Positions 47,813 through 57,419 of a stretch of 64,000 nt of DNA are shown here, piece after piece. The first letter of the stretch is position 1, and each line of letters begins with the position of its first letter. A program made the translations under genes and the position numbers. The DNA comes from Candidatus Poribacteria bacterium. Lineage in GTDB: Bacteria; Poribacteria; WGA-4E; PCPOR2b. The notes under the pieces are model-generated. The model was not told where the DNA came from. It saw nothing but the letters and a program-made list of their open reading frames with translations, and did not search any database. The stretch lies in contig OZ242351.1 in NCBI GenBank assembly GCA_965208675.1, positions 3,104,001 through 3,168,000 of the forward strand. Direction: 5' to 3'.

Positions 47813-47929
47813 TGCGACATTTGTTGACACAATTGAAGGAAATTTGGGGTTGCCGGCGCGTGAAGCCTTGCCACACAAGGGTTTTGGGGGATGTGCGACA
47901 AAAGTTGACAAAAGCAAAAAATGTCGCAC
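47813..47929. promoter_or_regulatory. Putative enhancer sites, copy 5
   Basis: TGCGACATTTGTTGACA (47813), TGCGACAAAAGTTGACA (47894). Confidence 0.65.
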
Positions 47930-48008
47930 CTCTTCTTAAGATGGCGGTACCAAACCGGTATGTATACGGTGCTGAAAGCAAATGTTTAAAAAGACAATCG
48001 CCGCTCCA

Positions 48009-48308
48009 CTTTTCGGCCGGTGATTTACGGCAACGGCATGAACGCCGACTCAGCGCACATCTTGACCTCCCCAAGAGTTTGGCGGCAATCGTCTGCTTAC
48101 TATTGACACGCTTGAGGGATTCGGATATCAAAACGCGCACTGTTTCTTTCAAACCGGGAAGTGCGGCTATGCCCGCCGATTTATTCGCCAACGCACCTGC
48201 GTTAAGCGTTGTGTTCTTCCGGCAATCGAAAGATTGCATGTCAATCTCTCGCCGGGCTTTTTTTTGTACTAGTTTCCAACAACCCCTCCCAATGTTGCCG
48301 CCAAACCC
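48009..48308 (-). pseudogene. Decayed 3' end of an NtrC-family activator (Fis-type HTH)
   Basis: LPGLKETVRVLISESLKRVNSKQTIAAKLLGRSRCALSRR aligns with FPKLKDIERFAVAEALKRANGNQTTAAQLLGMTRQALNKR of 29329..30762; trace of a GNI motif upstream. Confidence 0.7.
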
Positions 48309-48738
48309 GATGCTCCGGCACCTGCATTCGCCGTAAATCGCAGCACACTTCACGCTAGTCTGCCTCGGAATCTTGAAACCATTTTGAAATTAAAGTGATA
48401 TACTGAACATCAACTCCAGAATTTTCGCACGAGATGGGCGGCATTGAGTATCATAAGGCGAATACGCTTGCGGCGGTATACATAACGCGAAACGAAAAAA
48501 TATGATGATTGAACCGTTTTAGAGTAGATTTCCGGGCTATCGCCTATAGCTTTTTCGCGTTAATCGCCAAAATTCAAAGCGTTGAATTGAAAAAAAGAGC
48601 GTATACTATTGGGAAGATAGAAAAATCCTAGGCATGAACTGTCGGTTGATTTACAGAAAGATTTGTCATTACAGCGCAACCGGCGCACAAAGACGCTCTA
48701 GCCAAAAAAATTACTCACCCGTATGAGATGAAAGAACG

Positions 48739-50469
48739 TTGAATCGACCGAGGAAAATTTCCAGGCGCGCATTCCTGCAGCAGTCCTCCGGCGCGATTGC
48801 GATGGGATTCGTAGGATTACATAAACTCTTTGCCGATTCCGCATCAGGCCAGGGTTCAGGCGGATTCATTGTAGAGCGGTACGGTAATCTGATCGCTGAT
48901 CCCGATGGAATTCTTGACCTGCCGCCAGGATTTGCTTATCGGGTCTTCTCCAGGACAGGCGATCTCATGGATGATGGCTTGTTAGTACCGGGCGACCACG
49001 ACGGCATGGCTGCCTATCCGAGGCAAGACGGAAAGACGGTTCTTGTCCGCAACCACGAGTTAAGCGCTGACGAGATTGAAAAAAGCCCATTCGGCACAGC
49101 GAATGAACTCGTCGGCCAGGTGCCGCTCGAAAAAATGTTCGATCCGGGCCTCCCGGATATCGGCGGTACGACAACCATGGTTTATGACACTCAAACCGGA
49201 ACGCTGGAAAGCCATTTCCTGAGCCTTGCCGGTACGCTTCGGAATTGCGCCGGGGGACCGACGCCTTGGAATAGTTGGGTTACTTGCGAAGAATCCGTCC
49301 AGAGAGCGGTAGACGGCCATGAGCGAGACCACGGTTATAATTTTGACGTTCCCGCCGATGCCGCCGAATTAGTAGATCCGGTTCCCCTGACAGACATGGG
49401 ACGGTTCTATCATGAGGCGATTGCTGTAGATCCAAATAGCTGGATTGTCTACCAAACCGAAGACCGAAGTGATGGACTCATCTATCGCTTCATTCCGAAT
49501 CAACCCGGAAACCTCGCCGCGGGCGGTCGCCTTCAGGCGCTGGCAATTAGAGATATGCCAAGCGTGGACACCAGGAATTGGGAGCGCCGCGCCGTCCACG
49601 TTGGACAGGCTTTAGATGTCTCGTGGATTGATATCGTTAATGTCGAATCGCCGGAGGACGACCTGCGCCACCAAGGCTTCTCAAACGGTGCCGCGATGTT
49701 CGCGCGGGGTGAGGGTATGTGGTACGGAAACGGCGCAATTTACTTCGCGTGCACCAACGGCGGCGCCGCAAGGACCGGACAGATTTGGCGTTACATTCCC
49801 AGCCGGTTTGAAGGCACAACTGCAGAGGATATTTACCCAGGGCAGCTTGACCTATTCATCGAGCCGAACAATAGCAATCTTTTGGAAAATGCCGACAATG
49901 TCACCGTCGCACCGTGGGGCGATTTGATTCTGTGTGAAGATGGTGTCGGAGTACAGTTCCTAGTGGGTGTAACACCAGAAGGCAACCTCTACAAATTTGG
50001 AAAGAACTCGCTAAACGATTCGGAACTTGCGGGAGCCACATTCTCGCCGGACGGCACAACCCTGTTCGTCAACATTCAATTTCCGGGTCTGACACTCGCC
50101 ATCACGGGGCCTTTTCATTCAGCACGGGTTTTAGGTGAATCTGCGCGGAAACCCGCCGCAACCTTCGGTCAAATTAAGCGCGCCGAGCTTTTCCAAAACT
50201 ACCCCAACCCCTTCAACCCTGATACATGGATTCCCTTTAAACTCGCCGAGGCTGCCGACGTAAGAATGGATATCTTTAGTTCGACCGGCAGCCTAGTGAG
50301 GCGGCTAAATCTGGGATACCTACCCGCCGGCGACTATCGCCATCGTTCTAAAGCAGCGTATTGGGACGGCCGAAACAGCTACGGAGAAAGAGTATCAAGC
50401 GGACTCTATTTCCTGCAGATGCACGCCGGTGATTATACATCCAGGCAGAAACTAGAGGTTCGGCAATAA
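48739..50469 (+). CDS. phoX: PhoX-family alkaline phosphatase, Tat-exported, with C-terminal FlgD-Ig-like domain
   Basis: SRRAFL twin-arginine signal; HDGM, LVRNHE, RNCAGG.TPW..W.TCEE, MGRFYHEA, TED, RGEG, ADNV, LCED, NIQFPG. Confidence 0.88.
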   Translation: MNRPRKISRRAFLQQSSGAIAMGFVGLHKLFADSASGQGSGGFIVERYGNLIADPDGILDLPPGFAYRVFSRTGDLMDDGLLVPGDHDGMAAYPRQDGKTVLVRNHELSADEIEKSPFGTANELVGQVPLEKMFDPGLPDIGGTTTMVYDTQTGTLESHFLSLAGTLRNCAGGPTPWNSWVTCEESVQRAVDGHERDHGYNFDVPADAAELVDPVPLTDMGRFYHEAIAVDPNSWIVYQTEDRSDGLIYRFIPNQPGNLAAGGRLQALAIRDMPSVDTRNWERRAVHVGQALDVSWIDIVNVESPEDDLRHQGFSNGAAMFARGEGMWYGNGAIYFACTNGGAARTGQIWRYIPSRFEGTTAEDIYPGQLDLFIEPNNSNLLENADNVTVAPWGDLILCEDGVGVQFLVGVTPEGNLYKFGKNSLNDSELAGATFSPDGTTLFVNIQFPGLTLAITGPFHSARVLGESARKPAATFGQIKRAELFQNYPNPFNPDTWIPFKLAEAADVRMDIFSSTGSLVRRLNLGYLPAGDYRHRSKAAYWDGRNSYGERVSSGLYFLQMHAGDYTSRQKLEVRQ

Positions 50470-50687
50470 CCTCCCAAAACTTGTCCAATAATCGTCTCAA
50501 AATCTCCATCGCTTTGTTGCAATTCCTCCTAATTATTGTCACATTCCAGCCGTAAATTAAAAGCACCAAAATATGGCTCTGTTTTAATCGTCGATCCAAC
50601 CTTGGCAGATATCTATAATGCCATAACTATTCCCGTCCCATCCGCCGGAAACTTCGCAGTTCGCCGCCTCGCATCGAAATTCCTTTT

Positions 50688-51800
50688 TTGTTGCACCAGC
50701 GCCCAAAGTGTGCTAAAGTAAAATACCTGACACGCAAACGTACCCAAATTACGGCTAACTTAAAATCGAATTTCTGGCGAGGCGCAAGCCTGCTGGTAAT
50801 ACTTCTGATCGGCTGCCATTCAGCCGTGTGGGCTGAAGGCATAAGCGGTTACTTCTTCGGCGATTACTACTACTCCGCTAAATCTCACGATTCAGCCCTC
50901 GAGAATCGAAGCGGATTCCAGTACCGCCGCATCTATTTTACGTACGATAAAGGCATGTCGGATGAGCTCTCAACACGGTTGCGGCTTGAGATGAATAGCC
51001 CCTCCTTTCCCGCCGCCAATGAAAAAAAACGTCTAGAACCGTTTGTCAAACACGCCTATCTCAAATGGAAAAGCCCTGCATGGCGAACTGCAACCTACTT
51101 CGGTCTTTCCGGAACGCCAACCTGGGCAAATGTCGAAAAGGTATGGGGTTATCGCCACGTTACGAAGACATTGCTCGATTTACAAAAACTCGCAGCTAGC
51201 ACAGACTTCGGCGTGGCAGTCAAAGGGAACATTGATGCAGAAAAGAAATTTAGCTACAATCTCATGATTGCAAACGGAATGGGTACTAGCGGCGAGATTG
51301 ACCAGAACAAGAAAGTCTATCTTTCCGTGGCTGCCAGACCCATCAGCGGCATAGTAGTGGAGGTTTATGCGGATGTTGGAGATACCGAAGGCGGCCTCAA
51401 TCAGCGCACCGTTCAAGGCTTTTTGGGTTATCAGCACGATATTTTCCGGCTTGGTGTCCAGGCCGCAAATCAAATCCGTGAACAGGACGATATTGCAGAA
51501 GATTTGAATCTTTCGGGAATTTCGGTTTTCGGCGTAGCGGAAATTACGGAGAATAGGGTATGGGGATTTGCGCGATTTGATAGGATGTTCTCGGCGAACC
51601 CTGACGCTGGAAGAATATCCTATACTCCCTATAGCAACACAGCGAAATCGAATTCGATTATCATCGGGCTTGATTGGAAAGTTATCAAAGACCTTAATAT
51701 TATCCCGAATCTGTTCCTTGTTTTCTACGATCAACCCGACATAGGCGATAAACCAAATACAGATATTATGCCGCGTTTAACGGCATATTTTAGGTTTTAA
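50688..51800 (+). CDS. Outer-membrane porin (possibly phosphate/anion-selective); start uncertain
   Basis: Signal-like LLVILLIGCHSAVWA; GFQYRRIYFTY, FVKHAYL, alternating beta strands; C-terminal YFRF. Confidence 0.75.
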   Translation: MLHQRPKCAKVKYLTRKRTQITANLKSNFWRGASLLVILLIGCHSAVWAEGISGYFFGDYYYSAKSHDSALENRSGFQYRRIYFTYDKGMSDELSTRLRLEMNSPSFPAANEKKRLEPFVKHAYLKWKSPAWRTATYFGLSGTPTWANVEKVWGYRHVTKTLLDLQKLAASTDFGVAVKGNIDAEKKFSYNLMIANGMGTSGEIDQNKKVYLSVAARPISGIVVEVYADVGDTEGGLNQRTVQGFLGYQHDIFRLGVQAANQIREQDDIAEDLNLSGISVFGVAEITENRVWGFARFDRMFSANPDAGRISYTPYSNTAKSNSIIIGLDWKVIKDLNIIPNLFLVFYDQPDIGDKPNTDIMPRLTAYFRF

Positions 51801-52039
51801 TCCCTAGAGAATGAGAACGCACACGCTACCATTGGGAGCAAGGAGATATAACTAGACATCGGCCTGATGCGCAGTCAGAGCATGAAGTTGAGCGAGTTGA
51901 TAGAGCTTGAGTTAAGAATTTGGGTGGATGCGGCGCAAAACGAAAGCCGCTGCTTATCGTTCGCGGTTGTCCCAAAAAAATCATCAATTGAGCGGATAGC
52001 GAAAGCGATAGTTGCTCCTAGTTGGGCGATAGTCTTCTA

Positions 52040-53389
52040 ATGGCAAACCACCTTTACGACCTCATCGTCATCGGCGCCGGGCCGGGCGGTTATATCGCGG
52101 CCGATCGCGCCGGCGCCAAAGGCAAAAAAGTACTGCTAATTGAAAAAAGCAATCTCGGCGGCGTTTGCTTGAATGAAGGGTGTATTCCGAGTAAAACGCT
52201 GCTGCACTCCGCAAAGCTGTTCGTCCAAGCCTGCAACTCCCAAGCCTACGGTGTCACGGTCGAAAACCCGCAATTCAACCTCGCGGACGCAATGTCGCAT
52301 AAAGGTGAAGTTATTCAGAAACTGCGGGCAGGGGTCGCGTATCAGATAAAGCAAAATCGGGTCGAATTACTTCACGGGCAAGCCCGCTTCGCCAATCGCA
52401 ACACAATTCAAGTCAACGGGAAGCAATTTCAAGGCGAGAATATAATCATTGCTGCGGGTTCCTCACCCGTCCGTTTGCCCATTCCCGGCGCGGATGCGGC
52501 GCATGTACTCACCAGCACGAAAATCCTCGAAATTGAAAATTTACCGAAAAACCTAACCATTATCGGCGGTGGTGTCGTCGGCTGCGAGTTCGCATCCTTT
52601 TTTTCCAACGTGGGCGTGAATGTATCAGTCGTCGAAATTTTGCCGGAAATAATCCCAACCCTAGACCCCGAATTTGCCCGGATGCTGCGGAAGTCGATGG
52701 TGGATGTAGATTTCCATCTTGGCAGCACTGTGGAGTCTATCGGAAAAGATACGGTGACGTTTTGTCAAAATGGAGAGTCCACTTCGATTCCTTGTGACCA
52801 CGTCCTGATGTCCGTTGGCAGAAAGCCGAACTTAGAAGGATTAGGGTTGGATGAAATTGGGGTTGACCACAATAGCCGCGGTGTTACAGTCAATGAGTTC
52901 ATGCAGACCAACATTCCGGGCATCTACGCTATTGGGGATATCACGGGCAAATCTATGTTAGCCCATGCCGCCGCGCGGATGGGCGAAGTCGCGGTTAAAC
53001 ACATCCTCGGCGAATGGGATGTTATGCGGTACCACGCGGTACCTTGGGTGGTGTATACATATCCGGAAGTCGCTTGGGTCGGGCTGACGGAAGCGGAGGC
53101 TGCGGATAAAGGCGTCACCGTGAAATGTGCGAAGTTGCCCATGAGCGCCAACGGCCGCTTTCTAGCTGAAAATCCGGGAAAGCGCGGCTTATGCAAGGTA
53201 GTAATTGATTCCGAAAGCAATGCGTTGTTAGGCGTACAGATGATTGGCGCTGCATGTTCCGAGATTATTTACGGCGCCGCAGCCATGATTGAAGATGAAT
53301 TCAGGGTTCAAGACATTCAAGAGGTTATTTTTCCACATCCGACCGTATCGGAAATTTTCAAAGATGCCCTTACGGCAATGCACGCCTAA
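52040..53389 (+). CDS. lpdA: Dihydrolipoamide dehydrogenase (E3)
   Basis: GAGPGGY, GGVCLNEGCIPSK, GGGVVGCE, AIGD, HPTVSE. Confidence 0.95.
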   Translation: MANHLYDLIVIGAGPGGYIAADRAGAKGKKVLLIEKSNLGGVCLNEGCIPSKTLLHSAKLFVQACNSQAYGVTVENPQFNLADAMSHKGEVIQKLRAGVAYQIKQNRVELLHGQARFANRNTIQVNGKQFQGENIIIAAGSSPVRLPIPGADAAHVLTSTKILEIENLPKNLTIIGGGVVGCEFASFFSNVGVNVSVVEILPEIIPTLDPEFARMLRKSMVDVDFHLGSTVESIGKDTVTFCQNGESTSIPCDHVLMSVGRKPNLEGLGLDEIGVDHNSRGVTVNEFMQTNIPGIYAIGDITGKSMLAHAAARMGEVAVKHILGEWDVMRYHAVPWVVYTYPEVAWVGLTEAEAADKGVTVKCAKLPMSANGRFLAENPGKRGLCKVVIDSESNALLGVQMIGAACSEIIYGAAAMIEDEFRVQDIQEVIFPHPTVSEIFKDALTAMHA

Positions 53390-53530
53390 AAGCCGCGGAT
53401 TGCCCGACCTGTATAATCTCGCAGACGAATAGCGAGCCATCAACCGAGCGAATAGCGACGGGATCAACCGAGTGAATAGCGAGGGCGATAGTCTTAGCAG
53501 TACCGATAAGGAGAAGGAGTCGATAGGGGA

Positions 53531-55987
53531 ATGCCCAAGTCCCTCACAATAGACCCATCTGACGTTCGCAAAAAGTCAGTCATAAAAAGCCAAGAAATAC
53601 CCGTAAACGCCTACGCAGCAGATCCAAAACAGGAGACTGCACAGTACGGTTCGGAAAACCTAGTACGCATCTATAGAGATATGCTCTATATCCGGGAATT
53701 TGAGGCGATGTTGGATGCAATCAAGAAAGAAGGCGTTTACCAAGGTGTCCAATACAATCATAAGGGGCCGGCGCACCTTTCCATCGGCCAGGAATCCGCT
53801 GCTGTAGGCCAGTCTTACCACCTTTCCCCGGAGGACTTTATCTTTGGCTCTCACCGCAGCCATGGCGAGATTCTCGCCAAGAGTTTCGCCGCCATTGAAA
53901 AGTTGAGCGAACCAGCGTTGATGGATACCATGGAATCTTATATGGATGGCGCTCCGCTTCGCGTCGTAGAGACGTTGACTAAGGGAAATGTCAAAGATCT
54001 CGCCGTCAACTACACCCTCTACGGTACGCTCGCCGAGATTTTTGGGAGAGAATACGGATTCAATAAAGGCATGGGCGGATCCATGCACGCCTTTTTCCTT
54101 CCGTTCGGTGTTATGCCCAACAACGCCATCGTAGGCGGTTCCGCCGATATCGCCGCCGGTGCCGCACTCTTCAAGCGCGTGAACCGAAAGCCGGGTATCG
54201 TCATCGCCAATATCGGCGACGCCTCATTGGGATGCGGCCCAGTTTGGGAAGCCATGATGTTCGCCGCTATGGATCAGTACCGTACCTTATGGGACACGGA
54301 TGTAGGAGGAAACCCGCCAATATTATTCAACTTCATGAACAATTTTTACGGGATGGGCGGCCAACCAAAAGGCGAAACCATGGGCTTTGATGTGCTAGCG
54401 CGCGTGGGGTTAGGTGTCAATCCGGAAGCCATGCACACGGAGCGGGTAGACGGCTACAACCCGCTCGCCGTGGCGGACGCGGTTGCTCGAAAACGGAAGG
54501 TGTTGGAAGCGGGCAATGGTCCCGTCTTGTTGGACACGGTGACCTACCGATTCTCCGGACATTCACCTTCGGACGCCTCCTCTTATCGAGACAAATCGGA
54601 AATTGACCTCTGGAGCCAACAGGACTCACTGGCAAATTACGGGAAATATCTCAAGGAAAACGGCCACGCGGATGATAGCCAACTGGACGAATTTCGGGTT
54701 GATATCGGCGCGCGTCTAAGCAAAGTGTTGGAAGCCGCTGCCTCCTTGGAAATTTCTCCCCGCATAGATGTTCAAGTCGACTCAATTGGCGATGTGATGT
54801 TCTCCAATGAATTCAAAGACCGCATGGACGAACGCGAGCCGGAGGTGTTAATTCCCAAGGAGAATAGCCGCCTCAAAACGACGTTGAGTAAGAACCGGTT
54901 TGGATTGAAAGATGGGAAACCGCTGCCTAAACTTCGGACCTTAACCTACGCCGAGGCGCTTTTCGAAGCCATGATTCACCGATTCTATGAAGACGCTACA
55001 ATGATCGCCTACGGCGAGGAAAACCGGGATTGGGGCGGCGCTTTTAGCGTCTATCGCGGATTAACCGAGTGCCTGGCATATCATCGGCTATTCAACTCTC
55101 CTATTTCCGAGGCGGCGATTGTGGGGACAGCCGTTGGATACGCCCTCTCCGGCGGACGCGTTGTGGCGGAGCTAATGTATTGTGACTTCATGGGGCGCGC
55201 GGGAGATGAAATTTTCAATCAGATGGCGAAATGGCAATCTATGTCCGCCAATGTCTTGCAGATGCCGTTGGTGTTGCGGGTATCTGTCGGCTCGAAGTAC
55301 GGGGCGCAGCATTCCCAAGACTGGTCTTCAATCGTGGCGCATATTCCCGGCTTAAAGGTCATGTTTCCGGCGACCGCATACGATGCGAAGGGTATGTTGA
55401 ACCTGGCGCTGCGCGGCACCGATCCGGTTGTTTTCTTTGAGAGCCAGCGGCTGTATTCCGAACCGGAAACCCTCGTAGAAGACGGCGTACCAACCGAATA
55501 CTATGAAGTAGAGGTGGGCGAACCGGCGCTCCGCCGCCGCGGCGCAGATTTAACTATTGTCACCATTGGCGCCGCCCTCTACAGAGCCATTGAAGCGGCT
55601 GAAGAACTCGAGGAAAAGCACAGCATCTCTACGGAGGTGATTGACGCCCGTTTTCTCAACCCGCTGAATTACGAAATTATCGTTGAATCCGTGAAAAAGA
55701 CCGGGCGGGTCGTCCTAGTCTCAGATGCCTGCGAACGCGGCACTTTTCTCCACACCATGGCGTCGAATATTGCCCAGTTGGCATTTGACCATCTGGACGG
55801 CCCCATCGCCGTGGTTGGCGCACGCAACTGGATTACACCGCCCGCAGAGATGGAAGAAGCCTTCTTCCCACAGAAGGACTGGATCATTGATACAATTCAC
55901 GAGCGGATTTTGCCGATTGCCGGCCATAAGGTAACCACTATACAAACCACCGGAGAGATACTGAGGCGCAATCGGCTCGGGGTATAG
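53531..55987 (+). CDS. Fused E1 alpha/beta TPP-dependent 2-oxoacid/acetoin dehydrogenase component
   Basis: HLSIGQE, HRSHG, GMGGSMH, GDA...[10 protein letters not shown]; beta part NSPISE, AQHSQ, DPVVFFE. Confidence 0.92.
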   Translation: MPKSLTIDPSDVRKKSVIKSQEIPVNAYAADPKQETAQYGSENLVRIYRDMLYIREFEAMLDAIKKEGVYQGVQYNHKGPAHLSIGQESAAVGQSYHLSPEDFIFGSHRSHGEILAKSFAAIEKLSEPALMDTMESYMDGAPLRVVETLTKGNVKDLAVNYTLYGTLAEIFGREYGFNKGMGGSMHAFFLPFGVMPNNAIVGGSADIAAGAALFKRVNRKPGIVIANIGDASLGCGPVWEAMMFAAMDQYRTLWDTDVGGNPPILFNFMNNFYGMGGQPKGETMGFDVLARVGLGVNPEAMHTERVDGYNPLAVADAVARKRKVLEAGNGPVLLDTVTYRFSGHSPSDASSYRDKSEIDLWSQQDSLANYGKYLKENGHADDSQLDEFRVDIGARLSKVLEAAASLEISPRIDVQVDSIGDVMFSNEFKDRMDEREPEVLIPKENSRLKTTLSKNRFGLKDGKPLPKLRTLTYAEALFEAMIHRFYEDATMIAYGEENRDWGGAFSVYRGLTECLAYHRLFNSPISEAAIVGTAVGYALSGGRVVAELMYCDFMGRAGDEIFNQMAKWQSMSANVLQMPLVLRVSVGSKYGAQHSQDWSSIVAHIPGLKVMFPATAYDAKGMLNLALRGTDPVVFFESQRLYSEPETLVEDGVPTEYYEVEVGEPALRRRGADLTIVTIGAALYRAIEAAEELEEKHSISTEVIDARFLNPLNYEIIVESVKKTGRVVLVSDACERGTFLHTMASNIAQLAFDHLDGPIAVVGARNWITPPAEMEEAFFPQKDWIIDTIHERILPIAGHKVTTIQTTGEILRRNRLGV

Positions 55988-56080
55988 GGCGGGACAATCA
56001 ACCGACCCAATAGGGCGGGCGATAGTCTTCGCTCTCCGGTGAGGTAAAGGCTATCGCACTCATTATTCTTTCGCTTAATC

Positions 56081-57289
56081 GTGGTGCAAATGGTTACGTA
56101 TCTTATAGGAACCGCATATTTTTTCCTCATCGTAGAAATCTTAGTCATCATCAAATCATTCGTCTATGCACGTCAAGAAAGGAAAGCGAAGAGACCCGAG
56201 TTTACGCCAAAGGCAGCCATAATTGCGCCGCATTACGGATGGGATACACAGACCGCAGAAAATGCCAAGCGGTTATTGGACCAAGATTACGGCGGCGATT
56301 ATGAAATTTTGTTCGTCACACATCAGACGGGAACATCAGGATACGATATATCCTACCCACACCTCCTTGAGATCGCCGAGGATAGAACTAACGCGCGTGT
56401 GCTCTTGGCGCCGAACATCATCGATAATTCACTGCCGCGGTCCCAGAAGGTGGAGAATCTGATGACGGCGATCGCCGAATTGCCGGACGACGTCGATGTA
56501 ATCGCCTTCGTCGATGCAGATTCAACGGTTCAAAAAGATTGGCTCAAGTTGCTCGTCCAGCCTCTACAGGACAAAGATATCGGCGCAACAGTCGGCGCAC
56601 GGTTTTATGTGCCGCAGCGATTAAATTTTGCTTCGCTCGTCGAGACCATCTGGATTAATTTTCAGATCGCATTCCAAGGCGATCACTCGCTCACAATGGT
56701 ATGGGGCGGATCAAACGCCATTCGGCGCCGTCTCCTTGATGCCGGATCAGTATTGAAACGTTGGGAAAATGCGACTATCGAAGATCACAACCTGACCCAC
56801 ACCGTGAAGGACCTCAAACTTAAAGTGCATTTCGTTCCAGACTGTATCGCGGTTACGCATACCGGTAACCGCACATGGAAACAGATTCTTGAATTTACCA
56901 ATCGGCAGATGGTCATGACCTTCAGGATGGGCCTCAAAGCACAGTGGATTCTCACCCTGTTGGTATTTTTGCCGAAAGCGCTAATTGTATTCGCGTCTAT
57001 CCCGCTCGTGTTTCATTATAATCGGCTCATTCTTGTGTTTTTGGTGCCATTTATCGAAATTCAAAGTTATCGGCTCTTCTCCAAAAATCTACCGCAATGG
57101 CTAAAGGATGACCCGCAGGTGCATGAAAAAATCAGAATATCCTCGTTCGCGGCGCCAACATCGATGTTCCTTGCAGGGCTGAATGCCGTGTACGCCCTAT
57201 TTCAGAACAAAATCGTCTGGGGCGGTGTACGCTACGAAATCCTTTCAGCCACAAAATGCCGTATTTTGGGAAGAATACACACGAAGTGA
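56081..57289 (+). CDS. Membrane GT2 / ceramide-glucosyltransferase-like glycosyltransferase
   Basis: N-terminal TM; SQKVENL, FVDAD (DxD), WGGS, IED; C-terminal TMs and IVWGGVRY. Confidence 0.8.
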   Translation: MVQMVTYLIGTAYFFLIVEILVIIKSFVYARQERKAKRPEFTPKAAIIAPHYGWDTQTAENAKRLLDQDYGGDYEILFVTHQTGTSGYDISYPHLLEIAEDRTNARVLLAPNIIDNSLPRSQKVENLMTAIAELPDDVDVIAFVDADSTVQKDWLKLLVQPLQDKDIGATVGARFYVPQRLNFASLVETIWINFQIAFQGDHSLTMVWGGSNAIRRRLLDAGSVLKRWENATIEDHNLTHTVKDLKLKVHFVPDCIAVTHTGNRTWKQILEFTNRQMVMTFRMGLKAQWILTLLVFLPKALIVFASIPLVFHYNRLILVFLVPFIEIQSYRLFSKNLPQWLKDDPQVHEKIRISSFAAPTSMFLAGLNAVYALFQNKIVWGGVRYEILSATKCRILGRIHTK

Positions 57290-57419
57290 AACTATACCTA
57301 ATATAAACAATCTGTAATGGTCATGTAGAAATTAATTCTTGAAACCGAGGTTTTTTCTTCAAAACTCGGTTTCTGTAACTAGTTACCGCAAGGCGGATAA
57401 ACTTGGAAAGGAATTTTCA

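Noticed and set aside
47775-48353. 192-aa ORF as an intact gene
   Set aside because: Runs through the enhancer block; only its middle resembles a decayed HTH, so it is treated as a pseudogene
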